In this document: piece by piece, positions 33,742 through 42,121 of the stretch
Layout of the letters: each line of letters begins with the position of its first letter
Numbering within the stretch: the stretch's first letter is position 1
From: a virus
Taxonomy: Duplodnaviria > Caudoviricetes
IMG/VR virus record: IMGVR_UViG_3300017963_000189
DNA length: 64,000 nucleotides
Direction: 5' to 3' (one strand)
Made by a program: the position numbers and the translations under genes
The notes under the pieces: model-generated
What the model was told of the DNA's origin: nothing
What the model saw: the letters and a program-made list of their open reading frames with translations, nothing else
Database searches by the model: none

Positions 33742-34056
33742 TTAGACATTTCTATCCAAAATTTGAAATTCTAAAGGTTTCCAACCTTTTGCTTTACGAA
33801 TCTTATTGAAGTTTTTTACGTAGGCACGAGTTTCATCAAGCTCCATCGGAATGATTCTTACTTTGAGACCTGTCTTTTCATCCAAGTTCATACGTTCAGC
33901 AAAAACTGTTGAATCAACGCCAGTAATCAAAGAATCTCCACGATTCTTTTTCAAGTATGTTCCATTCGGCATACATACAATCATATCATAATCATCATTA
34001 ATTACTTTGACACGAAATTCAAAGTGTCCTCTAATATCCATTTTTCTAAACTTCAT
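33742..34056 (-). CDS. hypothetical protein
   Basis: Tiling ORF. Confidence 0.55.
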   Translation of the reverse strand: MKFRKMDIRGHFEFRVKVINDDYDMIVCMPNGTYLKKNRGDSLITGVDSTVFAERMNLDEKTGLKVRIIPMELDETRAYVKNFNKIRKAKGWKPLEFQILDRNV

Positions 34057-34313
34057 ACACGTTCCTTTCTTTGTTTTTCTTTATATGAAATGATCCAATT
34101 AGGCTGTGTTGCTAACCATTCATCTTCGTCGGGAATATCCCATTCAATGTTACCACAATCGTAACATCTTACACCATAAGCGCCACTGGCCTGTTCGCAC
34201 AAGGCGTTCCAGGCTCGATTCCAAGACCCACGATCAAGAAATAATGATCCACATTTTTCACAAGTAGGTATTTTAAAGAAGTGACAAAACGATTTAAAAA
34301 ATGCTTTAATCAT
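34053..34313 (-). CDS. Zn-ribbon hypothetical protein
   Basis: CEKC...CYDC. Confidence 0.55.
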   Translation of the reverse strand: MIKAFFKSFCHFFKIPTCEKCGSLFLDRGSWNRAWNALCEQASGAYGVRCYDCGNIEWDIPDEDEWLATQPNWIISYKEKQRKERV

Positions 34314-34563
34314 TTAAAAATAATCTTTCTAACTGTTTTTCTGTTATATCATAAAATCCATCTGGCCAAGTGTGACAACGACCATCCGAATCTATCTCAA
34401 TTTTGTGTTCATTAAACATTACATAATATCCACTTAACTTTTGTTCCATAATCTGAACGCGAACATCATTAAAAGAATATTCACTTTCAATAGTTCCAAT
34501 GAAGTTATCTTTAGGATCATATAAAAAACACATGATTTGTGGTATGTTATTTATTTTAATCAT
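34306..34563 (-). CDS. hypothetical protein
   Basis: Tiling ORF. Confidence 0.6.
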   Translation of the reverse strand: MIKINNIPQIMCFLYDPKDNFIGTIESEYSFNDVRVQIMEQKLSGYYVMFNEHKIEIDSDGRCHTWPDGFYDITEKQLERLFLND

Positions 34564-34573
34564 AATATCCTCA

Positions 34574-34801
34574 TTACATATTTGCTATCATTTCTTCAAC
34601 TAAAATCAAATCTTCAGCAACAATATTCAACTCTCGTTGTTTTTCTGCTAACAAATCATTCAACACTTCAACTTTATTTTGATAAATTATTTCTTTGAGT
34701 TCGGCAATTTCAGCTTCCAAACGTTCTTTTTTAGCATACATCTTTTTTACATAACTAAAATCTTGTTCCATTTTATATATCCTTATTTTACGGGATTCCA
34801 A
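34574..34801 (-). CDS. coiled-coil hypothetical protein
   Basis: Tiling ORF; start uncertain. Confidence 0.5.
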   Translation of the reverse strand: MESRKIRIYKMEQDFSYVKKMYAKKERLEAEIAELKEIIYQNKVEVLNDLLAEKQRELNIVAEDLILVEEMIANM

Positions 34802-35088
34802 ATAGTTAATCTATGTTTTAATTTACCTATTCTTTCTATATCAGTAAAACCCTCAGGAATTTCTCGACCAGTTCTTTTCCAATTTTTACGAGCTTCACCT
34901 TTAGACCGAAACAATCCAAACATAACTAATATATCAAACATATCTTCATCAGGTCCAACACCAACAAAACCTTCATCTTCACCAAACAAATGTTTGAATA
35001 AATCTACATTTGATTCTAAATTATCATTTTGTACGATAACATTAAACTCTTGACCCATACTCATTTTATTTTTTCCTTTCTCAAACAT
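34783..35088 (-). CDS. hypothetical protein with weak S4-like motif
   Basis: ILVMFGLFRSKGEARK resembles the TyrRS C-terminal S4-like helix. Confidence 0.5.
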   Translation of the reverse strand: MFEKGKNKMSMGQEFNVIVQNDNLESNVDLFKHLFGEDEGFVGVGPDEDMFDILVMFGLFRSKGEARKNWKRTGREIPEGFTDIERIGKLKHRLTIWNPVK

Positions 35089-35093
35089 ACCTA

Positions 35094-35122
35094 AATATAC
35101 GAAAAAACGGCGTCTTTGTCAA
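35094..35122 (-). promoter_or_regulatory. sigma70-type promoter (repeat family)
   Basis: AAAACAG-TTGACA-N17-TATATT. Confidence 0.85.
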
Positions 35123-35139
35123 CTGTTTTTTTCAATATT

Positions 35140-35166
35140 TGTAACTTTTTTTCATTTTTTCTCGTA
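35140..35166 (+). promoter_or_regulatory. ECF-type promoter candidate for the plus-strand cassette
   Basis: TGTAAC-N17-CGTA, 26 nt before the ATG at 35193. Confidence 0.5.
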
Positions 35167-35192
35167 TACTATATAAACGAAAGGAATAAACC

Positions 35193-35330
35193 ATGTTTAC
35201 AAACATTATTTTAGGAATTATTATTTTGATTTTCGCCATACCATTTGTCTACATTATTATTGCAGACCTATTTGACGTGGCGAAACGATTAAAACCATAC
35301 ATCATATTAGCGTTCAACAAACTCACATAA
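35193..35330 (+). CDS. small membrane peptide (45 aa, not in ORF track)
   Basis: GAAAGGA SD; MFTNIILGIIILIFAIPFVYIIIADLF... Confidence 0.6.
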   Translation: MFTNIILGIIILIFAIPFVYIIIADLFDVAKRLKPYIILAFNKLT

Positions 35331-35341
35331 GGAGGCTTATC

Positions 35342-35737
35342 ATGAAACTTTTACTAACTTTTTTACTTGTCATTTTATTCGTGTCGCCAACATTAGCAAA
35401 CAGCGAACGACTTATTAAAAATGCGTTACCAAATTATGAACTTGCATTAAGTTCAAATAATAACGGGCTAATCATTTCTGCCGTTGAAAATGTAGTTGAA
35501 TTAAAAATTCGTGCTCCATATTTAGATTTGTCAAAGATCATAACTAAACTTGATAAATTGTCTGAAAGTGAAACACCTGAAATTAAATACAAATCTTTTG
35601 TTGTTAGTTCATTTCTTAAAAATCCACACTTTTTTACTTGGCTAAAAGATAAAAACGATCAAGAAAAACTTGAGTTAATGAAAAAAATGTTGTCTCATTT
35701 AGAACAATTCGCTAACAAAAAACATAAGGAGAATTAA
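35342..35737 (+). CDS. secreted helical (HEAT-like) protein
   Basis: AAGGAGG SD; signal peptide; LSSNNNGLIISAV...ETPEIKYKSF. Confidence 0.75.
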   Translation: MKLLLTFLLVILFVSPTLANSERLIKNALPNYELALSSNNNGLIISAVENVVELKIRAPYLDLSKIITKLDKLSESETPEIKYKSFVVSSFLKNPHFFTWLKDKNDQEKLELMKKMLSHLEQFANKKHKEN

Positions 35738-35739
35738 TT

Positions 35740-36141
35740 ATGAAACAATTTTTTATTATTCTACTTTCATTGTTGTTTGTTGTTCCTGTAATGTCTCAAG
35801 ATACTTTATCTGTCAGGACTTTTGATGATCTTGGCCCAGCCCTTGAGAAAAAACTTGAGCCTCTCAAACAACTTGAATCATTACCACACGACGATTGTAA
35901 TTGCGAAGAATGTATGGTAATCAAAAACAAGGTTGCTGACGAAGTTGACGCCATCGTTTTAGATGTCGATATTCAACTTGAACCCTGGCAATCTCGTACA
36001 TTCCATGAAAAAATAAAATATGGTATGAACAAGATTGAAACACTTAATAAACTGGGCGAAAAAATTCGTAACAAGGAGCGTCTTCGGCATAGACACCACG
36101 ATCACGAATGCGAAAAATGCCCGAAAACATTGGAAAATTAA
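35740..36141 (+). CDS. secreted protein with Cys/His motifs
   Basis: AAGGAG SD; signal peptide; HDDCNCEEC, HDHECEKC. Confidence 0.75.
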   Translation: MKQFFIILLSLLFVVPVMSQDTLSVRTFDDLGPALEKKLEPLKQLESLPHDDCNCEECMVIKNKVADEVDAIVLDVDIQLEPWQSRTFHEKIKYGMNKIETLNKLGEKIRNKERLRHRHHDHECEKCPKTLEN

Positions 36142-36157
36142 TCATAGGAGTAATAAC

Positions 36158-36478
36158 ATGGAACTTGGATTTTTAGTACCTGTAGCATTTTTGTTCTTAA
36201 TCGGTTGGATTGTTAAAACAATCTCTGACAACAAAGTAAGAAAACGTGCTTTAGAAAATGGTAATCTCAATGAAAGTATCAAACATCTATGGCAAAAATC
36301 TTACGCGAATCGTCCACTACAAAACATTAAATGGGCTATTATATTTGCCGGAATTGGATTCGTAATACTTCTTGCTCACCTGTTCGCCCTTGCTGAAGCT
36401 GTCGCTATTGGATTCGTATGTATTGTTGTCGCTGTTGCTTTACTTGTATATTATAAAATGGAAAAAAATAAATGTTAA
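36158..36478 (+). CDS. DUF6249-like membrane protein
   Basis: AGGAG SD before MELGFLVP; TM, KVRKRALE.G, IKWAIIFAGIG, two more TMs. Confidence 0.65.
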   Translation: MELGFLVPVAFLFLIGWIVKTISDNKVRKRALENGNLNESIKHLWQKSYANRPLQNIKWAIIFAGIGFVILLAHLFALAEAVAIGFVCIVVAVALLVYYKMEKNKC

Positions 36479-36494
36479 AACAATCCTACCTAAT

Positions 36495-36533
36495 AAAAAG
36501 GGCGTCATTCTAACCCCCAGACGCCCTTTTTTT
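36495..36533. terminator. bidirectional intrinsic terminator
   Basis: AAAAAGGGCGTC-N13-GACGCCCTTTTTTT between convergent genes. Confidence 0.8.
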
Positions 36534-36747
36534 AATTCAAATCCTCTTTTGATTCTACTATTACCGTTACATCGGGACGCCCTAACGCTTTAGCAAGAGT
36601 TTCTAACATAAATGTCGTCTCAACCTTTTCTTCAGTTGTCACTGGACTATTCACTCTAATTTTGAATGTTCCATCCGACGGCAATGAACTTATTTCTTTA
36701 ATCAACCTATTTGCTAAATCATCTACCTCTTTCTCATAATCTGTCAT
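36532..36747 (-). CDS. hypothetical protein
   Basis: Tiling ORF. Confidence 0.55.
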   Translation of the reverse strand: MTDYEKEVDDLANRLIKEISSLPSDGTFKIRVNSPVTTEEKVETTFMLETLAKALGRPDVTVIVESKEDLN

Positions 36748-36748
36748 A

Positions 36749-37006
36749 TTATATTCCTTTCCCTAAATCGTCTAAAAACTTTAACATTCCTTTTTCAATA
36801 AAATCATATACGTGTTGGGCGACATACTCAAGTTTATCTACATGAAATGAATCATGAGAAGGATTTTCACTAACTCCACTTGAGCAGTTACATGCGCTCA
36901 TAGAGATTAATCCAAACCATTGACCTCTTTCATCTTCGCCAACTTCCGAGATAATCCAAAAAGAGTTACCAAACTTTACTACATTTCCTTTATTATAACG
37001 TCTCAT
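36749..37006 (-). CDS. hypothetical protein
   Basis: Tiling ORF. Confidence 0.55.
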   Translation of the reverse strand: MRRYNKGNVVKFGNSFWIISEVGEDERGQWFGLISMSACNCSSGVSENPSHDSFHVDKLEYVAQHVYDFIEKGMLKFLDDLGKGI

Positions 37007-37153
37007 TTGTCTTTTACTATAACAGTTTTTTCATTTATCAAACCAACAATAAGTTGTGTTTGTAACTCAACAAATTCTTCTAATTCATCTACACTCATTT
37101 TATCCAATATCTCTTGTCGCTCTTTCGCGGGTTTCCCCATAAATTCTAATATA

Positions 37154-37786
37154 TCAATTTCCATATGCGTCTACGCCTCCAAATGATTTATACAAACTAT
37201 TTAATGTTACTATTTCTATTTTTTCCAATCCACCAGTTCGCTGATCAAATTTTCTCTCTATATCATAAACAACCTTTGACGCCTTTTCTATCGATTCTTC
37301 ACTTAAATTAAACCTATTACTTTCAATCGCACTTTTTATTCTTCTAAACTTACCACGAATGGATGCTCTTTTCTCAGTATATTCAACAATATTATTTGCA
37401 TCTTCAAATGACTTTATAGGATCACTCCAAGTTTTTATAGGCGTCGATCCGTGATACAAATCCCAATCACCGGTTTCTTTATTAAATGATAAAATCCAAT
37501 TACCTTTACGACGAAATTCCGTGACCTCAATCATTTCCCAATCTTGATCTTTCGCCCATTCTTTTATAACGAAATCAAGTGCTTCTCCCTTTGACGAAAA
37601 TTCAGCGACCCGGTTATCAACTTTCTTAGCGTTTACAATCCACCTTTCTTTACCATCACCTGGCATCAATACTCTACTTACACCATAAACACCTAATGTA
37701 AATAATTTATTATCCATAGGCGAATTATCACTAATTTGACCAAAAAAATCTAAAGCGATTCTATATTCTAATGCAGTACCACTCAT
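37154..37786 (-). CDS. hypothetical protein (paralogous helical C-terminus)
   Basis: IRGKF...LEKIEIVTLNSLYK. Confidence 0.65.
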   Translation of the reverse strand: MSGTALEYRIALDFFGQISDNSPMDNKLFTLGVYGVSRVLMPGDGKERWIVNAKKVDNRVAEFSSKGEALDFVIKEWAKDQDWEMIEVTEFRRKGNWILSFNKETGDWDLYHGSTPIKTWSDPIKSFEDANNIVEYTEKRASIRGKFRRIKSAIESNRFNLSEESIEKASKVVYDIERKFDQRTGGLEKIEIVTLNSLYKSFGGVDAYGN

Positions 37787-38220
37787 GGTATATCCTTTTT
37801 CACAAATGAATATGATTCATAAACATCTAATCCTACCACTCGTCCAAATGTCGCCGTTGAATCACTCGTCAGGCGAAAAGCAAACATAAAAGGTTTTCCA
37901 TTTTCATCATGAAAGTTTGATGGTTTATTGTTAAACAATCGTTTCTCAACTTTACATACAATAATATTTTTATATACACCTTTTAATTTGAAATATCGTC
38001 CACTCATATATTGTGATGTCGCCACCTTTTTCGTGGGCTCGCCATCTAAATTTCTCAAATATGAGTTGTACTCAAATATCCATATATCTAATTCGGCTTG
38101 AAAATATACCTCGGTGTAAAAATGTTGATCCCAATGTTTTATTTGCCATAAGCCAGAATGCGGGTGTCCGGCGACACCCACACTAACTAATATAATGAAT
38201 ATTAAAATAAGTTTTTTCAT
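37783..38220 (-). CDS. putative secreted protein
   Basis: Signal-peptide-like N-terminus. Confidence 0.6.
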   Translation of the reverse strand: MKKLILIFIILVSVGVAGHPHSGLWQIKHWDQHFYTEVYFQAELDIWIFEYNSYLRNLDGEPTKKVATSQYMSGRYFKLKGVYKNIIVCKVEKRLFNNKPSNFHDENGKPFMFAFRLTSDSTATFGRVVGLDVYESYSFVKKDIP

Positions 38221-38771
38221 TTAGACGCTTCCGTATCGGGACGACTTGCTTCAGTTTTATTTGTTCCATTAGCAACCAAATCCAAAAGTTCTTCTGTATG
38301 TAATAGATCGGCAGCTTTTTTGACTTTAGGAACAATTACTTTGTATATTTCTTTTACCAATCCCAAGAAAATATATTTCATGAAAACAAATGTTATTCCA
38401 AATACAATCGCCGTCCAAATACTACCGGTAGACGCGATTAAAACTGCTAAACTTGTATATAACACACTCGACATACTTGTTTGAAATTTATACCATTTTG
38501 AGTTAAGTTTTTTATCCCACTTCAAAATAGATTCAATCTTTTTCTTGTCCTTTAAATCCTTACTACCGAAAATCGTATCACCGTCTAACATTCCTATAAC
38601 AATAAGTAATACAACAGTGATTACAAGTTCAAGAATAAACATAATCCACATATAAAAAATCGTTATCGACTCACATGCCGAATTTCCGTAGTAATAACCA
38701 TAAATAACTACGGCAGGAATAACTAACCAACCTAAGATATTACCTAAAGTTGTTTTAATTGCTTGCTTCAT
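38217..38771 (-). CDS. multi-pass membrane protein
   Basis: About four hydrophobic segments. Confidence 0.65.
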   Translation of the reverse strand: MKQAIKTTLGNILGWLVIPAVVIYGYYYGNSACESITIFYMWIMFILELVITVVLLIVIGMLDGDTIFGSKDLKDKKKIESILKWDKKLNSKWYKFQTSMSSVLYTSLAVLIASTGSIWTAIVFGITFVFMKYIFLGLVKEIYKVIVPKVKKAADLLHTEELLDLVANGTNKTEASRPDTEASK

Positions 38772-38793
38772 AACATTCTCCTTATTTTATTGT

Positions 38794-38982
38794 TTATATT
38801 CCAATCCAATCTTCAAAATCTTCTTTTTCGACTTCTTTATCCCACGAAAAATTAAATCCCAACCAACAATATATCGCAGGATTCTTTTTCAATGTCAATC
38901 GTCTCGGTATGATATAACGATACCATATAACATATACACCTTTTACAGGTGACCCGAGTAACCTATACAACTTGTTTAGCAT
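38794..38982 (-). CDS. hypothetical protein
   Basis: Tiling ORF. Confidence 0.45.
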   Translation of the reverse strand: MLNKLYRLLGSPVKGVYVIWYRYIIPRRLTLKKNPAIYCWLGFNFSWDKEVEKEDFEDWIGI

Positions 38983-39820
38983 TAGCTTCTGCCTCCATTT
39001 GTTTAAATTCTAAATCTATATCTTTACTTACTTGTATATTTTCTTTATATAATGTATTTAATCGTTTCGCCGTCTCTTTTGTGAATATTCTCTTGTCCAT
39101 AAATTCTTTATAATAACTTTCTAATACATTAAAATCTTGTTCAACTATTTCAAGAGCATCATCAGCCATATGAAATTGTAACAACTTGTCTCTATTCTCT
39201 CGGATTAATTGAGAAATTATATAAAACTTTTTTCTTATGTGTTCGTCTTTATCTTCCCATATACGAATACTATCTTTTTTATATGAAGCATGATTTTCTT
39301 CTGTACGATAACGTTTTACACCATCACTATCTTTCAATACAAGACGTACTTTCATTACTTTATACTTAAACTCACCATTCTTTAAAACAAGAACTCTATC
39401 ACCTACATGAATATCACTATTTGTATTGACGCCAACTAAATCGTTCGGCCCCACAGTTTGAAAATGTATGTTACCATTACCTGATGGTTTTGTTGGTTGA
39501 ATAACATATTCTAATTGTCTATCATGAACTTGAACTCTCGCAACACTCCACGTATCAGTATTATTGTAACCGAGTTCCGGATGATTCTCTCCAAACCTAA
39601 CAATGTCGCCCAACGCAAATGTTTTCGCTAAAGTAACTTCTTTAGTAGAGAATATTTTTTTCGTTCCCTCTACATGAATAAGTACACTACCCGTTTGCAC
39701 TATTGGTTGACCAACGGTTTCTACAACAAAATAACTTCCTTTTGGAAATGTTGTATTTTTATACTTACAATCTTTTGTCGTAACTACAATGTCACGCGGG
39801 TTTATTTTGTTTGCGCTCAT
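38963..39820 (-). CDS. hypothetical protein (SH3/KOW-like repeats plus paralogous helical domain)
   Basis: LGDIV, VGDRV repeats; IRKKF...FTKETAKRLNTLYK. Confidence 0.65.
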   Translation of the reverse strand: MSANKINPRDIVVTTKDCKYKNTTFPKGSYFVVETVGQPIVQTGSVLIHVEGTKKIFSTKEVTLAKTFALGDIVRFGENHPELGYNNTDTWSVARVQVHDRQLEYVIQPTKPSGNGNIHFQTVGPNDLVGVNTNSDIHVGDRVLVLKNGEFKYKVMKVRLVLKDSDGVKRYRTEENHASYKKDSIRIWEDKDEHIRKKFYIISQLIRENRDKLLQFHMADDALEIVEQDFNVLESYYKEFMDKRIFTKETAKRLNTLYKENIQVSKDIDLEFKQMEAEANAKQVV

Positions 39821-40185
39821 TTCTCAACTTTTGATTTAATTCTAATTTTCTAATCTTTTCGTCTACTCTTTCCTTTTCCACAAGAAGTTCGGCTAAATCG
39901 AGTGCGGAATCACTTCCATGTATTCGCATGATTTACCTCGCTTCCAGAACTTCCACATTCATACCGTATATACTTGCAGCGGCGTGTGTGGCATCAAAAA
40001 TATTATACTCAAAAACAGTTCCAACTTTCATTTCACCAACGAATACATTATAGGCTCTCATAGATAACTCCAGTCTTATATGATTTATATGTTTTATAAA
40101 GTGCTTGAACTACTTGAATCACAATTAAAGTTATAAAAATAATCCAAAATAATGACATCTTTTCTTTCCTTTTTTAATGTACCTA

Positions 40186-40214
40186 AATATACGAAAAAAT
40201 ATAACCTTTGTCAA
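40186..40214 (-). promoter_or_regulatory. sigma70-type promoter (repeat family)
   Basis: CAGAAAACAG-TTGACA-N17-TATATT. Confidence 0.85.
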
Positions 40215-40232
40215 CTGTTTTCTGATATTTTT

Positions 40233-41009
40233 TTATGTACTCGGTGTGTGTATAACCGCGTGAGCATTAGGTATTTCAAAATTCATCAAAGTTCTATATT
40301 CTTCTATACTATATTTTGGTTCATAACCGGTTGGAACATTACCATCATATACCCATTTAGGATCAGCGTAAAAGACTTGACTTTTCTTTTCGATTTTCCA
40401 AATCTCATTCAACTTCCTAATATCTTCTTTAGAAAATTCTTCGTGATATAAAAACTTATCAAACTTATATTTGACGTGTCTCATATTCGCCACGTGTTGA
40501 TCGATTAACGCTTTAACAAAATTTTCTTTCTTACGAAGCTCAAGAGTTGTCTTGTTTGTATTCATCAAGGCGAATAACTTCTTGAATTTCATACATATAT
40601 CATCGTCTTTTTCTCTCCATATACGGACATCGTCACAATCTACATAAAATCCAATATCACCACCACCAATAGAATCAGCGACCAGATATAACTTACCGGT
40701 TTCATCCCATTCTTTTACAATACCGATAACACCTTGAGATTCTCCACATTTGACTATAACCCGACCACCTTTACACGCTATCAAAACTTCCTCACCATTT
40801 GGTTTCCTATCTATTAAACTCGAGGCATCCCAATAAAGTTCCATTTCACTTTCATAAAATCCAACATTGGTTTCTTTGACGCCCCACAAATGATCGTCTG
40901 ACAAATACTTCCCGTGATAAACTTTAAGAGTTAATATATCACCTTTCTTAAAGCGTTCCATTCCACGTTTGACATCAACCTTTAGTTTTACCTGATCACC
41001 GGATTTCAT
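40233..41009 (-). CDS. hypothetical protein (paralogue of 38963-39820)
   Basis: ICMKF...FSKEDIRKLNEIWK. Confidence 0.65.
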   Translation of the reverse strand: MKSGDQVKLKVDVKRGMERFKKGDILTLKVYHGKYLSDDHLWGVKETNVGFYESEMELYWDASSLIDRKPNGEEVLIACKGGRVIVKCGESQGVIGIVKEWDETGKLYLVADSIGGGDIGFYVDCDDVRIWREKDDDICMKFKKLFALMNTNKTTLELRKKENFVKALIDQHVANMRHVKYKFDKFLYHEEFSKEDIRKLNEIWKIEKKSQVFYADPKWVYDGNVPTGYEPKYSIEEYRTLMNFEIPNAHAVIHTPST

Positions 41010-41251
41010 TATAGTTTCACCACTCCACCTGATGTTTTACGTCTCACATTAAAGTCTTTAATTCTCTTGGCGAAATCCCTATTAAGTTTACGAGATTCAT
41101 AACGTCTTTCCATTTCAGCGTTCGCCAGAGACTCGTTCTTGTACTTATCAACTAAACGATATACCTTTTCACTTGTATCATAACGATACAACAACCATTC
41201 TTTCTTACTATACTCAACAACCAAAAATAACTTCGGTCTACCCACTCTCAT
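41009..41251 (-). CDS. hypothetical protein
   Basis: Tiling ORF. Confidence 0.55.
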   Translation of the reverse strand: MRVGRPKLFLVVEYSKKEWLLYRYDTSEKVYRLVDKYKNESLANAEMERRYESRKLNRDFAKRIKDFNVRRKTSGGVVKL

Positions 41252-41254
41252 GAC

Positions 41255-41524
41255 TTACCTACTTTCTTTTTTAGTGTAAACCCTGTTACATACAGGGCAC
41301 TTTAGTTCGGCAGTAACCACACTCGGCTCATTGGAACGCCATACAAATCTTTCTGTATATTCCAATGCGACCTGTTCATTATTATTTTTACAACTTGGAC
41401 ATAAATAATTTTTTCGTCCAACTTTCTTTTTCGTCTCAAACACTTTGCGCCTCCGTAACCCTTTTGATTTGGTGGCGCAAACGTGATTCGTGTTTGTCCA
41501 TTTCACGTAATCTATTTTCTTCAT
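41255..41524 (-). CDS. Zn-ribbon protein
   Basis: CPSC...CPVC. Confidence 0.6.
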   Translation of the reverse strand: MKKIDYVKWTNTNHVCATKSKGLRRRKVFETKKKVGRKNYLCPSCKNNNEQVALEYTERFVWRSNEPSVVTAELKCPVCNRVYTKKESR

Positions 41525-41746
41525 TTACCATATCATTCTTTTTTGTAGATTTGGCAATAGTTGAATACTTTTCGCCATTCCACTTCATTAAATGATATCG
41601 GTTTTCCCATGCAACAATCACATATTTCAGCTTTCGTCCAGGGTCATTGAATTTCTTCATGTTTTTTGCCTCCCGAGCAACTTTCTTTTTCAACGGAATA
41701 ACCTTTACGGTTATCTCGTCATTATCTTCATTAAACTTGTATATTT

Positions 41747-42109
41747 TCATCGTAAGTAATTAACTCCATATACATCAGTTCCAGCTAAAGGATCATCATT
41801 ATAGATGTTTCCACGAGCATGTTTAGCAGGAGCACTCCAGCTCGCAGGTTTATAAATATCTCCAGTAGCGATTTCAACAAAAGCATAAACCGAACGATCA
41901 TGGACAACTTTAGCAAATTTACGACCAAACGTTAAATCCCAGGGTTTGGGCGACAAATTAGAAAAGTTCTCCAAAATGTGTTTTTCGTCACGTTCACGTA
42001 ACAAAACCATAAAGTTCATAATCGCTTCATCAAAATTTTTATTACTCATTTTCAAATCCTTTCTTGACTTGTTATACCCAAATATAATCAATTCGGGCAT
42101 AACAGTCAA
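41747..42109 (-). CDS. conserved phage hypothetical protein
   Basis: GRKFAKV...SVYAFVEIATGDIYKPASWSAPAKHARGNI; start probably MSNKN. Confidence 0.7.
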   Translation of the reverse strand: MTVMPELIIFGYNKSRKDLKMSNKNFDEAIMNFMVLLRERDEKHILENFSNLSPKPWDLTFGRKFAKVVHDRSVYAFVEIATGDIYKPASWSAPAKHARGNIYNDDPLAGTDVYGVNYLR

Positions 42110-42121
42110 GGGCTTTTTTAA

